Positions 14,761-26,564 are shown, counted from the stretch's first letter. The stretch: 64,000 bases of DNA from Octopus vulgaris (GCA_951406725.2 OX597829.1:27404001-27468000); one strand, 5' to 3'. The notes: generated by a model from the letters alone, not told the origin. Translations and numbers: made by a program.

Positions 14761-14799
14761 CGGCAAAAACATTTTTCGTTTAATATTGGTTTGTAGTTA

Positions 14800-15265
14800 A
14801 AGCGGCGAACTGGCAGAAACGTTAGCACGCCGGGCGAAATGCTTAGCGGTATTTCGTCTGCCGTTACGTTCTGAGTTCAAATTCCGCCGAGGTCGACTTT
14901 GCCTTTCATCCTTTCGGGGTCGATAAATTAAGTACCAGTTACGCACTGGGGTCAATATAATCGACTTAATCCGTTTGTCTGTCCTTGTTTGTCCTCTCTG
15001 TGGATAGTAAAGAAATAGGTATTTCGTCTGCCGTTACGTTCTGAGTTCAAATTCCGCCGAGGTCGACTTTGCCTTTCTTCCACTCAGAGTCGATAAATTA
15101 AGTACCAGTTACGCACTGGGGTCGGTGTAATCGACTTAATCCCTTTGTCTGTCCTTGTTTGTCCTCTCTATGTCTAGCCCCTTGTGGGCAATAAAGAAAT
15201 AAGAAACGTTAGCACGCCGGGCGGGTATTTCGTCTGTCTTTACGTTCTGAGTTCAAATTCCGCCG
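14800..15265 (+). mobile_element. tRNA-related SINE family B with tandem internal duplications
   Basis: A box-like TGGCAGAAACG, B box GTTCAAATTC; segment GGTATTTCGTCTG..GTTCAAATTCCGCCG occurs three times; tail CCCTTGTGGGCAATAAAGAAAT. Confidence 0.85.
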
Positions 15266-15327
15266 TTTACCTGTCCGAAGTATTTTCATTAGTTTGTCCT
15301 AAACATCAATGCTTATTTTCAGACTTT

Positions 15328-16218
15328 GGATCTTTACCGTTTGACCGACATATTTAAAACAAAATTTGTAACTAAACACTTCCAAACTTCGTATACTGGT
15401 AGAATGTGTGACATAAAACATTTTTAAACTGTTGGCGTTGTTGAGAAAATGCTATATTTTGGAAGTTAATTTTTGTTAAAGTTGTCGAATTTCGTAATTT
15501 CAACCGATCAATGAAGTGTTTTCAGCTGAATAAAATTACTGCCGTTGTTTGTCAACAACTATTGGCGGTGTATATTTCGTTTGTCACTGTTATTTATGAC
15601 ATCGTTTGTACGTTTGTACTGGTTTTAGCTTTAAAATATTAGCGCTAGGGTTAGGGTTTTAGGGTTTTAGGGTTAGGGTTAGGGTTTTAGGGTTAGGGTT
15701 AGGGATTTAGGGTTAGGGTTAAAGGTTTAAGGTTAGGGTTTTAGGGTTAGCGCTAGGGTTTTAGGGTTAGGGTTAGGGTTAAGGTTTTAAGGTTAAGGTT
15801 AGGGTTAGGGTTGGGGTTTTAGGGTTAGAGTTACGGAAAATAAATGAAAAATGAAGCACGAACGATTATGGTGGTGCAATGAAGTAAACATGCTTCAGAT
15901 ACACTCGTTTATTCATACAAACGTAAACGAGATGAATATGTCATAAATAACAGTGACAAACGAAATATACACCGCCGGAAGTTGTTGTTGACTGACAACA
16001 GCAGTAATTTTATTCAGCTGAATACACGGTATTGATTGGTTGAAATTACCGAAATACGACAGCTTTAACAAAAAATAACTTCCAAAATACAAAATTTTCT
16101 CAACAATGCCAGGAGTAAAAGATGTTTTATGTGACACATTCTACCAGTATACGAAGTTTGAAAGTGTTTAGTTACAAAAAATTATTTTAAAAATCTGTTG
16201 GTCAAAAGGTAAAGATCC
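15328..16218. mobile_element. Foldback MITE with about 290-bp TIRs (Merlin- or MULE-like)
   Basis: GGATCTTTACCGTTTGACC.. mirrored by ..GGTCAAAAGGTAAAGATCC; 8-bp TSD CAGACTTT at 15320-15327 and 16219-16226. Confidence 0.9.
15646..15832 (+). repeat. Interstitial telomere-like (TTAGGG)/(TTTTAGGG) array inside the MITE
   Basis: Direct reading. Confidence 0.95.
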
Positions 16219-17493
16219 CAGACTTTTAGCTAGCCATTGTTTCACTGTTCTTTCATAAGTTGGAAAAAAAAAAAGGAATGTGTATCATATATGATGCATG
16301 GACGCCAGGGAATTGTTTACTGTCTATCACATGTGATACACAGAACAAGCAAAGCGCGGTGAGCTGACAAAATCGTTATATCACGGGAAATATTCTTTCC
16401 AGTATTCCGGCCCTATGCAGTCTGTGTTTAAATCCCTCTAACACCATTTTGTCTTTCATCATTATGATGCAGTGTCGATAAAATAAAGAAGTCAAGTTAC
16501 TGGAGACGATGGAATCGAACCCTTCCCTTGAAATTGCAGCCGTCATGTCTAAACCAGAAACAATTATTCAAACATTGTTGATCACTGACAAGGTGGAAAA
16601 AAATGTATTAATGTCAGGGTCGTCGTTCAGCGAAGAAAGATTTAATATCTCGTTAAATAAATTTATATTTAAAATGAATTCAACAGTTTTGTGTGTTGTT
16701 AAATCATCGCAGTAATCGCTACACGACAGTTATTTCAGTATCAACATCCAGGTTCAGATCAAGTCACTTGTTTAAACGAATACAACTCGAAAATCGTAAG
16801 GCTCTTGTGTAACAAGCGTAAATAACACAGGAAAGTGACTTGGAAAGAATATAATATATACAGCATAATATAATATACATAACAAAATATAATTTAACAT
16901 AACATGATACTATATACATTTAACGAAGTAATTTTGTGTCTATAGTATTTGAGGATTACAAGTTCGTATGATGAACAACGATATTTTTGCGAATGACTTT
17001 CTTTGCGTTAATCCTAGGCTAAACGGTAATCTGGTTCCTGTATAAAGTCTATATACTAGGTGTTTTTATTTTGAACACACACACACACACACACACACAT
17101 AATTCCTCCATGCATATACATACACACATAATGCTTCCATTTATATACATACATACAATACGTGCAAATACACACAAGCCTGTATATTCTTTATGTATTC
17201 ATAGATAAAAATGGCGACTTAGATTTTGCGAAGAATGTGTCTTAAATGTAATCTTCTTGTGGTGTAAAGAGCCGTGTGACATTGACATTCAAATGCTTCG
17301 TACAGTTTATTCCAATAATAATGAGAAAGTCAGTTATCCTTATGACAATCCATTAGTCGAAGACGAAAAAGAAAAGAAGGGGCTTGGAAAAATTAGTTGG
17401 GGGGAAAAAGTCAAAAAATAACAAAACGAATGTAGGTAATAGAAATGATACGTTTCCAAACAAAAATTCTAGAAAGTTTTTTTCGATCTTCGA

Positions 17494-17673
17494 TCACCGT
17501 TGTTCATGTTTGGAGTTCACTACACTGGTTTTGATTGTGAAAGCATTAGTTGTAAGTTTTGGCTGCGATGTTACTGATTTTATTAATGTCGCGAATCCAC
17601 GAACGAGGTTACTGAGTTGCAATGAAACTGACTGCAACAACAGAATCGTTGCCACTATGATCAACATCAACAT
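17494..17673 (-). CDS. Candidate host exon or small ORF with signal-peptide-like N-terminus (59 aa)
   Basis: MLMLIIVATILLLQSVSLQLSNLVRGFATLIKSVTSQPKLTTNAFTIKTSVVNSKHEQR; non-repetitive; weak possible donor CG|GTGATC; no homology recognised. Confidence 0.25.
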   Translation of the reverse strand: MLMLIIVATILLLQSVSLQLSNLVRGFATLIKSVTSQPKLTTNAFTIKTSVVNSKHEQR

Positions 17674-18004
17674 CTCTATTTATTTCACTGCCACCTACCA
17701 TCCATCCATCCATCCATCCATCCATCCATCCATCCATCTATCAATCAATCAATCAATCAATCATTCAATCAATCAATCATTGAGATAAAGAATGCATGCA
17801 GCTGATATATATCAGTTTCGGGGAAATCTTAGGCAGAGGTATCAACGAGAGCCTACTTCTAAGAATTTCGTATGTGGCAACTGTGGACTTGCCATTCAAC
17901 ACCGTTAAATGCTCTTTTACATTCTGACCAATGTTCCACACAAGATCAAAGTAAATCGCAAATCTGTCGTTTTACTGATAGAGAGTCTACCATACGTGTG
18001 TGTG

Positions 18005-18230
18005 TATCTTTTACTTGTTTCAGTCATGTGACTGTGGCCATGCTGGGGCACCGCCTTGAAGAATTTCTAATCGAATGAATCAAACCTAGTACTTCTTTTC
18101 AGGCCTGTTACTTATTCTATCGGTCTCTTTTTCTGAACTGCTAAGTTACGGAAACATAAACACAGTAAAACCGATTTGAAGCAGTGGTGGTGGTGGTGGG
18201 ACAAAAACAGACACAAACATACGTACATAT
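18005..18230 (-). mobile_element. SINE family A 3' half
   Basis: Reverse complement of the 4809-5217 tail. Confidence 0.8.
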
Positions 18231-18239
18231 ATACGTCCC

Positions 18240-19675
18240 TCTTCTCTCTCTCTTCCTTCTTTTCTCTCTTCTCTGTCACTTGACTGCTGGCCAAAATCTG
18301 CCTTTCGGCCTCTGACCAGCGCCGTGATAACATCGTTCCTCGTTCGCCGCTAAGGCAATTCGCCGCTAAGGCAATTCGCCGCTAAGGCAATTTTTCCAAA
18401 ATACGCCAGCCAGACCTGTTTGCACTGTTATTAGTGCAAACAGACACTTGCTGTTTCTACCGTTATTGCTTTTGTATTCCACGTTTTTGTATTTCATTAT
18501 TGTTTTTTGTTTTTTATATTCGTGTGGCATCGTCCTTTTTGCTGTCTTTGTGTTCGTATGCATTCGATCCTTCTTCCAGGAAATCTACGCTCCTAGCTTA
18601 GTTTTTCTAATGCTCGTTGCTTAGTTTCTCCTGGAGGTCTGGCCGGTTCTAGTAATCTCAAGATTAATCAGCCGAAATTACTACGATGATCCGGTTCTTG
18701 ACTGAAGACTGAGGGCTTCAAATGTCCTGTCTGTGTTTGTTGTATCGTCTTCTAAGTTCTTATGCGTTCTTGTCTCAGTTTGTATTTTTCTACATATCAT
18801 AATATATATTCCTGGCGTCACGTACCCTCCTTAACACTTATGTGAGCACATATTCTTGTAAATTTGGTACGACTCTACACTTTGTTTGTTTGTCTCTCTC
18901 TCTCTTACATTTACTTCGCATTCTACGTTGATCTGTCCCCGTCTCTCTCTTTTCTCTCTACTCATCCCTCTTCTCTTGCCTCTGATTCTTTGGTCTACTC
19001 TTCCCCTACCCTTCCATTTCTTTGTCTTCCTTTGCACTCACAGGTCAATCTTTGACACCCATCCCTTCTACCCTCTCTAATTCCTTCTTTCTCTCTATTC
19101 TCCCCCGTTGTTGCTTTCGTCCCTCTTCTCTCTCTCTTCCTTCTTTTCTCTCTTCTCTGTCACTTGACTGCTGGCCAAAATCTGCCTTTCGGCCTCTGAC
19201 CAGCGCCGTGATAACATCGTTCCTCGTTCGCCGCTAAGGCAATTCGCCGCTAAGGCAATTTTTCCAAAATACGCCAGCCAGACCTGTTTGCACTGTTATT
19301 AGTCGTAAGACACTTGCTGTTTCTACCGTTATTGCTTTTGTATTCCACGTTTTTGTATTTCATTATTGCTTTTTGTTTTTTATATTCGTGTGGCACCGTC
19401 CTTTTTGCTGTCTTTGTGTTCGTATGCATTCGATCCTTCTTCCAGGAAATCTACGCTCCTAGCTTAGTTTTTCTAATGCTCGTTGCTTAGTTTCTCCTGG
19501 AGGGCTGGCCGGTTCTAGTAATCTCAAGATTAATCAGCCGAAATTACTACGATGATCCGGTTCTTGACTGAAGACTGAGGGCTTCAAATGTCCTGTCTGT
19601 GTTTGTTGTATCGTCTTCTAAGTTCTTATGCGTTCTTGTCTCAGTTTGTATTTTTCTACATATCATAATATATAT
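18240..19675 (+). mobile_element. Partial tandem repeat (about 18265-18808 and 19150-19675), Penelope 3'-end/pLTR-like
   Basis: Two near-identical copies of about 530 bp; spacer starts with frameshifted WRHVPS(L)NT, resembling the Penelope ORF end KKFRPSLNT at 49350-49371; ends in (TA)n. Confidence 0.6.
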
Positions 19676-19857
19676 TTATATATATATGTAAATGTATGTG
19701 TATTTTTTCAATGTTTACAAATAACGCGGAAAAAATAAATAAATAGTTACCAAGGTAGCGAAAATTCACACAAGTACCAAGGATGTAACAGCTTACTTAT
19801 AAAGGTAGAAATTCCAGGTTTTGGTGAAATGATTTTATATAGGATAGATAAATAAAT

Positions 19858-20104
19858 AAATGGAGTTAAACGCAGATATTATTCAAATCTTCATAATTCC
19901 GACGTATGTTTCGAAGAAAACATTGGTATTATTCCAGAAGGAATAAAATGATGTAAAACAATGCAAACTTCTCTTTTATTTCCCTGACGAGAAGTTTGCA
20001 CTGTTTTACATCATTTTATTCCTTCTGAAATAATACCAATGTTTTCTTCAAAACATATGTCGGAAGTATAAAGATTTGAATAACACCTGCGTTTAACTCC
20101 ATTT
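19858..20104. repeat. Long palindrome, arms about 115 bp
   Basis: aaatggagttaaacgcag..aaacttctc mirrored by gagaagttt..ctgcgtttaactccattt. Confidence 0.92.
19978..20067 (+). ncRNA. Type I hammerhead ribozyme motif with long stem II insert
   Basis: ATTTCC-CTGACGA-GAAG..CTTC-AAAAC-ATAT-GTC-GGAAGT; G12 is A here but the mirror arm retains GAAAC-ATAC-GTC. Confidence 0.72.
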
Positions 20105-20180
20105 AAGAGATGATAATGATAATGTTTCATCCTCACCGCCCGAACACACACACACACACATGCACACACTCACACACACA

Positions 20181-20221
<41 letters not shown>

Positions 20222-20252
20222 ACACACATACAAACTAGAATAGATATATCTT

Positions 20253-20480
20253 TATCTTTTATTTCATTCATTTGACTGTGGTCTTGCTGGGCCACCGCCT
20301 TTTAGTCGAACAAATCGACCCCAGTAGTTATTTTTGAATCTGGTATTTATTCTATGCAAAAGTTCTCTTGTGCCGACCCGCTAAGTTACGGGTACGTAAA
20401 CAAACTAACACTGGTTGTCGAATGGTTTTCTGGTCAAACACAATGACTCGTACACGCACGCACATACATACATACATACA

Positions 20481-20512
<32 letters not shown>

Positions 20513-20539
20513 CACACATACATAAATGTATGCATGCAT

Positions 20540-20623
<84 letters not shown>

Positions 20624-20778
20624 TACAATCTACTACACAGTTTCCGTCTACCAAATTCATTGACAAGTCATTGGTCGGTCAAAAGCTAGAAGCAGAAGTC
20701 CCTTGTGCAAACTGCCGCGGAGTGGGACTGAACCCATAACCATACAGTTGCAAACTACGTAACCATACTTAAACGCCT
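20253..20778 (-). mobile_element. SINE family A, full length with expanded internal microsatellite
   Basis: Head and tail match 4809-5217 on the minus strand. Confidence 0.8.
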
Positions 20779-21324
20779 GTTTGGCACGAAAAATAAGGGC
20801 GTATACTATACGACCAATCATGATAGTGGCTTCGATTACATAGGGTATACAGATTTTGGTAGCGTACCTTGTACCGTTAAAGAGTACTGGTGAATCCAAA
20901 TTTCGCAGATTATTAGGTGAGATCATTTTTAAGTGTCGAAGAGAATTGCAAAACTCTGTTGAATAGTTGGCAGCAGCATTACGTTCCAATACAGTAATGA
21001 AATGACTTGTATGGTCTGAATTGGGCTGGTAGCTCGAAAATTACAGATCCAAGCCATCACTGGAACTGTAAAAATCTGTAAAACTTTCCAGAAGTTTATT
21101 ATTTAAGTACATATGCGCATCTAGACATGCAACTGTATACATAAGAATACATAGATAAAATAAAACATACAAATCTGCACATGCACTGTCTCCAAATACT
21201 GCACATATATACTCTAAAATACCCTGTTGATGTTAGGATTAGGGTTAAGATTCCAATGAAGGAATCTTGTATCTAGGTTAGAAACCGGCTCTTTTCTATT
21301 GGCATCTATTTCATCTATTTCATC

Positions 21325-21522
21325 TAGTTTCAGCTCACGAGCTGTGGCCATGCTGGGGCACCGCCATTTGTTTGTACAGCAGAAATTCGCCATTACCTTC
21401 TGCCGGAGCCGCGTGGAGCTTAAGTGTTTTCGCTCATAAACACATACATCGCCCGGTCTGAGATTCGAACCCGCGATCCCTCGACCGCGAGTCCGCTGCT
21501 CTAACCACTAGACCATGTGCCT
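21325..21522 (-). mobile_element. tRNA-derived SINE family D
   Basis: Minus-strand head GGCACATGGTCTAGTGGTTAGAGCAGCGGACTCGCGGTCGAGGGATCGCGGGTTCGAATCTC (A and B boxes); tail CCAGCATGGCCACAG shared with family A. Confidence 0.8.
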
Positions 21523-21592
21523 AGTGGAAATTTTGTAATAAAATTGAATTACACACACACGCACGCACGCACACAAACAAACAAATAAACAA

Positions 21593-21633
<41 letters not shown>

Positions 21634-22206
21634 TTTAAGTCACAATATATGGATTCAACTAATCTGGTGGTACTCACGAGATAAGCTCCTTAATGTATCA
21701 TCCTACAAAACATAAAGAATATATGGTAAGATATAAAAGGAAAACTTAAGAAGTGTATAGATAATTTATTTTATTATATTTTATAATAAGTAATAAATTA
21801 TTTACAGGTCTGCATTAAGCTAGGTTAAAAGAAATCCATGTTGAAGATAATAATCCCTCGACATAACCTTTCATGAACGCAGAGTCGATATTTCTTTTTC
21901 ACCAGAAAAGCTATCTTAATATTTGCATTAATGCAAAGATTGTATTATATTAATGCAGACATGTGATTTATTACTTGTTATAAAGTATAATAAAATACTT
22001 TCCAATGGATAAATAAACTTCATCATAGTATATTTCTATCATTAGTTATAACTACATGTGTGTGTGTATGTGTGAGTGTGTGCATACATATATATGCATT
22101 GATATATGTACATATATATATGTGTGTGTGTGTATTTGTGTGTATGTGTGTGTGTATGCATGAATTGTATTGTATGTATATGCATGTGTGTGTGTGGATT
22201 GGTATG

Positions 22207-22276
<70 letters not shown>

Positions 22277-22312
22277 ATAGGATTAGCTCGTATACGAGTA
22301 GGTATATATTTG

Positions 22313-22666
22313 TAAAAAATGAAGTTCGAAAATGCTGCTATATTATACAATTTTTAATTTTTATATATACATTATAACATGTTTCAGTTCCTGAAATGAA
22401 CCTTATCAAAAAAAGTTATATATAAAAAAAGACAGCTCATGCCGTCAAACACAAGAAATTCATTTACAATACTCAACGGAGTCAGACATCTTAAAGTTCA
22501 GATATAGTTTGAAGTAAGTTCATTCATGCTATATGTTCAAAGTTCGATGCAGTGGCCCGCGGTGGCGATACGTATTCAATACAAAAAACAGATCAAAGTG
22601 GTGGAAAGCAGTCAATACAGAGGATTGATGTTCCCGAAAGAGCGAGGAATTCATTTTTACCTTGAG

Positions 22667-22667
<1 letters not shown>
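22313..22667 (-). mobile_element. Solo Penelope terminal-repeat fragment between (TA)n tracts
   Basis: Reverse complement of 50087-50452, which lies downstream of the Penelope ORF. Confidence 0.85.
22358..22429 (-). ncRNA. Hammerhead motif, U3:A8 variant
   Basis: Minus strand TTTTTATATATAACTTTTT-TTGATAA-GGTTC-ATTTCAG-GAACT-GAAACATGTT-ATAATGTATATATAAAAA. Confidence 0.6.
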
Positions 22668-22757
<90 letters not shown>

Positions 22758-22906
22758 CATATATATATATACATAGACATATGTACATATATATAATATA
22801 TGTGTGTGTGTGCGTGTGTGTGTTTGTGTATGTATGTATGTATGTATGTGTATATGTATATTTATATATGTATACATATAAATATATATGTATATATATA
22901 TATACA

Positions 22907-23756
22907 TACAGGGTGCAATGAGTAAATTGTCGCCATTCTATATTTATAATTTCGCGCATGCACTTTGTTTTTGATTTTGTCGACTACACAGTATAGTAGG
23001 GTCAGTTGGGCACCGTCTGTGAGAAAAAAACAGCACCATGACGTTATTCACTCTGCCAGGAATTTGGAAACCACATGCTGTACCGCCGGCATTCAGAGTG
23101 TTTGGGTGTCAATCTGAGGACAGTACAATCTGAAGACATGTACTGAGAGTGATAAAAATCAAACATCCAATCAACATCATAGTGTTTGGAGTAATCACTA
23201 GTGTTGGGGACGTTATACCTCCATCCATCTTCCCACACGCCTTCAGACTTAACACGGAGGCCTACATCAAGTGTCTGGAGGAGGTAGTGCTGCCCTGGGT
23301 CAAGAGGGTGGCTATTGGAAGACCCTCTATCTAGCAACAGGAGTCCGCACCATGCCACACAAGGAGGAGAACCCAGTCATGGGTGTCAGACAATTTCTGC
23401 GACCACACCACCCCCAACATCTGGTCACCTAAGTCCCCAGGCTGAAACCCCCTTGATTATTATATGTGGGGTGCAATTGAGTGAGAAATCAACAAAACTT
23501 CTTGTAACACCAAAGATGAACTGAAGGCAAGGATTATGGCAGCATTCACCAACATAAACAAGGAGACTGTCCAGAAGAATTGCAGGAGATTCCGAAGTCA
23601 TCCGGAGGCCGTGGTTGAAACCAATGGCAATTATATTGACTAAATTTGCTCTTTAATATTTCAAAATATTTTAATGTAATATTCGTAAATATATCTGCTA
23701 AAAGAAGATGCGTTATTTTCATTTTTGCGTAATTTGACGACAATATATTCACCGCA

Positions 23757-23760
<4 letters not shown>
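22907..23760 (+). mobile_element. Defective Tc1/mariner-superfamily transposon, maT (DD37D)-like
   Basis: KHPINIIVFGVITS..NTEAYIKCLEEVVLPW..QQESAPCH..WSPKSPG*NPLDYYIWG; imperfect TIRs CAGGGTGCAATGAGTAAATTGTCG / CGACAATATATTCACCGCACC; in (TA)n. Confidence 0.85.
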
Positions 23761-23791
<31 letters not shown>

Positions 23792-23795
<4 letters not shown>

Positions 23796-24462
23796 GAGAG
23801 TTAACGTTAAGTGGCTAACTCTAGTGCTAGAAATAGCTCCTTATTCTGGTATAGCCACCGAAGTTGTTTCCATAGAAGAAATAACATTACCTTCAACGTA
23901 AGGGAAGCGAAATACAACGAAAAGATAGATTAATACTGAACAATTGTTTCTTTATCAACATAATATGCAATTATACTCACATATTTGTCTATAATTCATC
24001 AGCAGTATTTGTCCTCGATACAATTTATCAGACCCACACGGGCGATAAAATACCCATGCGGTCTGATCGATTGCATACATAGTTGTGGTTTAGCTTCCCG
24101 CCAAAAGAATGCTAAGACTCCGTGGAAACCAATACCGCATACAATACTTGCTGCAGCATACTTATTTTATAAATTCATAAATGAGGGTGAAAAATTAGAT
24201 ATTAATTTAATAATACCGTCAGTTTAACACCAAGTGGCCTAGCACATAGAAACCAGGGAGATAGTACAAATTTATACATAAATATAAGAGAGTTAACGTT
24301 AAGTGGCTAACTCTAGTGCTAGAAATAGCTCCTTATTCTGGTATAGCCACGAAGTTGTTTCCACAGAAGAAATAACATTACCTTCAACGTAAGGGAAGCG
24401 AAATACAACGAAAAGATAGATTAATACTGAACAATTGTTTCTTTATCAACATAATATGCAAT

Positions 24463-24466
<4 letters not shown>
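23792..24466 (-). mobile_element. HHR-bearing tandem element with a 492-bp unit (retrozyme- or Penelope-pLTR-like)
   Basis: Direct repeats 23792-23975 and 24284-24466, nearly identical; (TA)n on both sides; no coding homology recognised. Confidence 0.8.
23932..24009 (-). ncRNA. Type I hammerhead ribozyme with intact core
   Basis: Minus strand AATACTG-CTGATGA-ATTATAGACAAATATGTGAGTATAATTGCATATTATGTTGATAAA-GAAAC-AATT-GTT-CAGTATT; perfect 7-bp stem I, long imperfect stem II, palindromic stem III. Confidence 0.85.
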
Positions 24467-24495
<29 letters not shown>

Positions 24496-24498
24496 ATA

Positions 24499-26564
24499 CA
24501 GTGCTGAGCACGGTTCCACTAATTCGCTAACAGCTAATGAGCGAAGCTAGCCCTTCGTTTAGCCGATTAGCATTTCCGCTAACTTTGGAAGCCGTTAGCG
24601 AACCAATTAGATTCCGGTAAATTTAGTTCCATCAGATTTTTTTTAGTAGGCCTTGATCATACTCTGCGTGAGTTTAATTATATATAATTTCAAGTTTTTA
24701 ACTTTACAACTTATGTCTCTTTACAATTTAACATTTTATATTTACAGATTGCTCAAGGATGTTCCCTGGGTGGCGACCATCGCGGACACCTGGTCGGCCC
24801 ACAGCAGTTCCTACCTGGGGATGACGGCACATTGGCTGGACCTCAAGATCTGCACGAAACAGCACGCTGTCCTGGCCTGATGTTCTCACCCAGGCGATGG
24901 TGGATACCCATTACAAGTTCCATCTGCAGGACAAGGTGACCAGGACCACGATGGACAACGGCAGAAATTTTGTCAAGGAAGTTTGGTACAGAAGTTGAAC
25001 TTTTGCCAAATGTCTCTGAGGATGCTGCCGATCCGAATGTGGAGTGCATCGTGGATGTGGACCTGCACGTGGATCCTGGGGTTAGGGATGTGAATGAAGT
25101 TGAGAACATCTCTGTTGACGTCGTCCTTGACGAATCCAGTGGCCCGGTCCTCAACGTGACAGTGCACTGAAGTGCGCAGCCCATACCTTCAACTTGGTAG
25201 CCAGCGTGGATGCCGACAAGGCTCTTGACAGCGCTTTATTCAAGACGGCCTACAGGAAGGCCATGTCCAAGGCACAACGGCTGTGGAACCTGCAGAGCCT
25301 CAGCACGGTGGCGGCAAACATTCTGGATGCGTTGAAGAGGAGGCTGGTGGGCCCCAACAGTACCAGATGGAACTCAACCTGTGAATCTGTTGTTATCCTC
25401 AACAACCTGCTGGAGAAGAATAAGGGAGCTGTCCACAGGGTGATGACACAGTTAAAGCTGCAGACCTTCAGTGATTCTGATGTCGGCTTCCTGTCGGAGT
25501 ACGCTCAGGTGATGTCTAATGTTGCCAAGGCATTAGATAAAATCCATTTCGTGGACCAAGCCTATCTCGGGAGCCTTCTGCCATCTGTAGCAGCTACCGT
25601 CATGCGGTGGAAGGAGGTCAAGTTCAAACATCTCTACTGCAGTCCTCTGGTAGACGCGACACTGGCAGGCATCACGAAAAGGTTTGGACTTCTCCTAGAA
25701 GACTTGGAATGCTAGTTGACTGCTGCCTTCCACCCCAAGTTTCGCCTGTTCTGGCTGGAACAGTATAATAACGCCATGGAGACCGTCGGAGAGACAGCTC
25801 TAATGGAGATCAATGAGGAAGGCAACAGTATCACTAGAAAAGAGCAATAGGAAGATGATTTCTTCAGCAACATCACTCGGCTCTGGGAGAGCGGGAGCCA
25901 GAGGTCACTGAAGTTCAAGGCACAGAACTTGGTGAAGACTTGGCCGGAGGCCGTCTCGGAGGCGGTCATGACTGAAGTTGCCTTTTTGGATGAGCAGGTC
26001 TTAATTGACCTGTTCACCAAGTATAAAACCGCCTTCTCATCCAGTGCTGCGGTTGAGCGTCTATTCTTTATAGGCCAAGAGTGTCACCCTGTCAGATGGT
26101 AACTTTGAGAGGCTGATGTATATGAAAACAACCAACATCATGTTGAGGCGATGTAGAAGACTCAGCCAAAGTAGTACACCTTGATCATCATCTGATCTTG
26201 GCACGATACCTATGCTATACCTTTTTGATTCATTTAATACTTTTTTGTACAGTAAATAAAGTGTAGGTTGATTGAAAACCTAATGCTTAATTTCATTAGT
26301 TCCTTTAATTATTTGCGAACACCTTGATCATCATTTGATCTTGGCATGCTATACCTTCTAGGAAAGTTCTATGTACAAGCTACAGCATAAAAATTTCAGC
26401 TCTCTAAGTCTGTTTTTAAGGGGTTTAGGGGCAAAAATCCAAACCGAAGCTAAATTCATTTGATAAGTTAGTGATTATCAGTTAGCGTTGGCGTCTGCTG
26501 ATTTTTTTTTTTACCTGTTTAGCATCTGCGAATCTAACTTTTTGGTTAGCTGTGCCCACCACTA
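24499..26564 (+). mobile_element. hAT DNA transposon, defective
   Basis: Imperfect TIRs CAGTGCTGAGCACGG / CTGTGCCCACCACTA; subterminal GCTAA/TTAGC repeats; inserted in TA-rich microsatellite. Confidence 0.85.
24749..26155 (+). pseudogene. hAT transposase pseudogene (ZBED/Ac-like)
   Basis: ADTWSAHSSSYLGMTAHW, TTMDNGRNFV, CAAHTFNLV, PNSTRWNS, AAFHPKF, SSAAVERLF; several stops and frameshifts; acceptor-like TTTACAG ending at 24748. Confidence 0.9.

Noticed and set aside
15646-15832. True telomere or chromosome-fusion scar
   Set aside because: Single orientation, degenerate, enclosed in a TSD-flanked MITE
21455-21522. tRNA-like sequence with A and B boxes
   Set aside because: Continues into a SINE body and tail; no proper acceptor stem, so not called a tRNA gene
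21803-21964. Short inverted repeat ACAGGTCTGCATTAA / TTAATGCAGACATGT
   Set aside because: Only 15 bp, no TSD or second copy found
24423-24455. Apparent stem-II-less hammerhead TTGATAA-A-GAAAC on the minus strand
   Set aside because: The full copy at 23932-24009 shows TTGATAA is the 3' arm of stem II; the real core CTGATGA lies further upstream and is missing from this truncated copy
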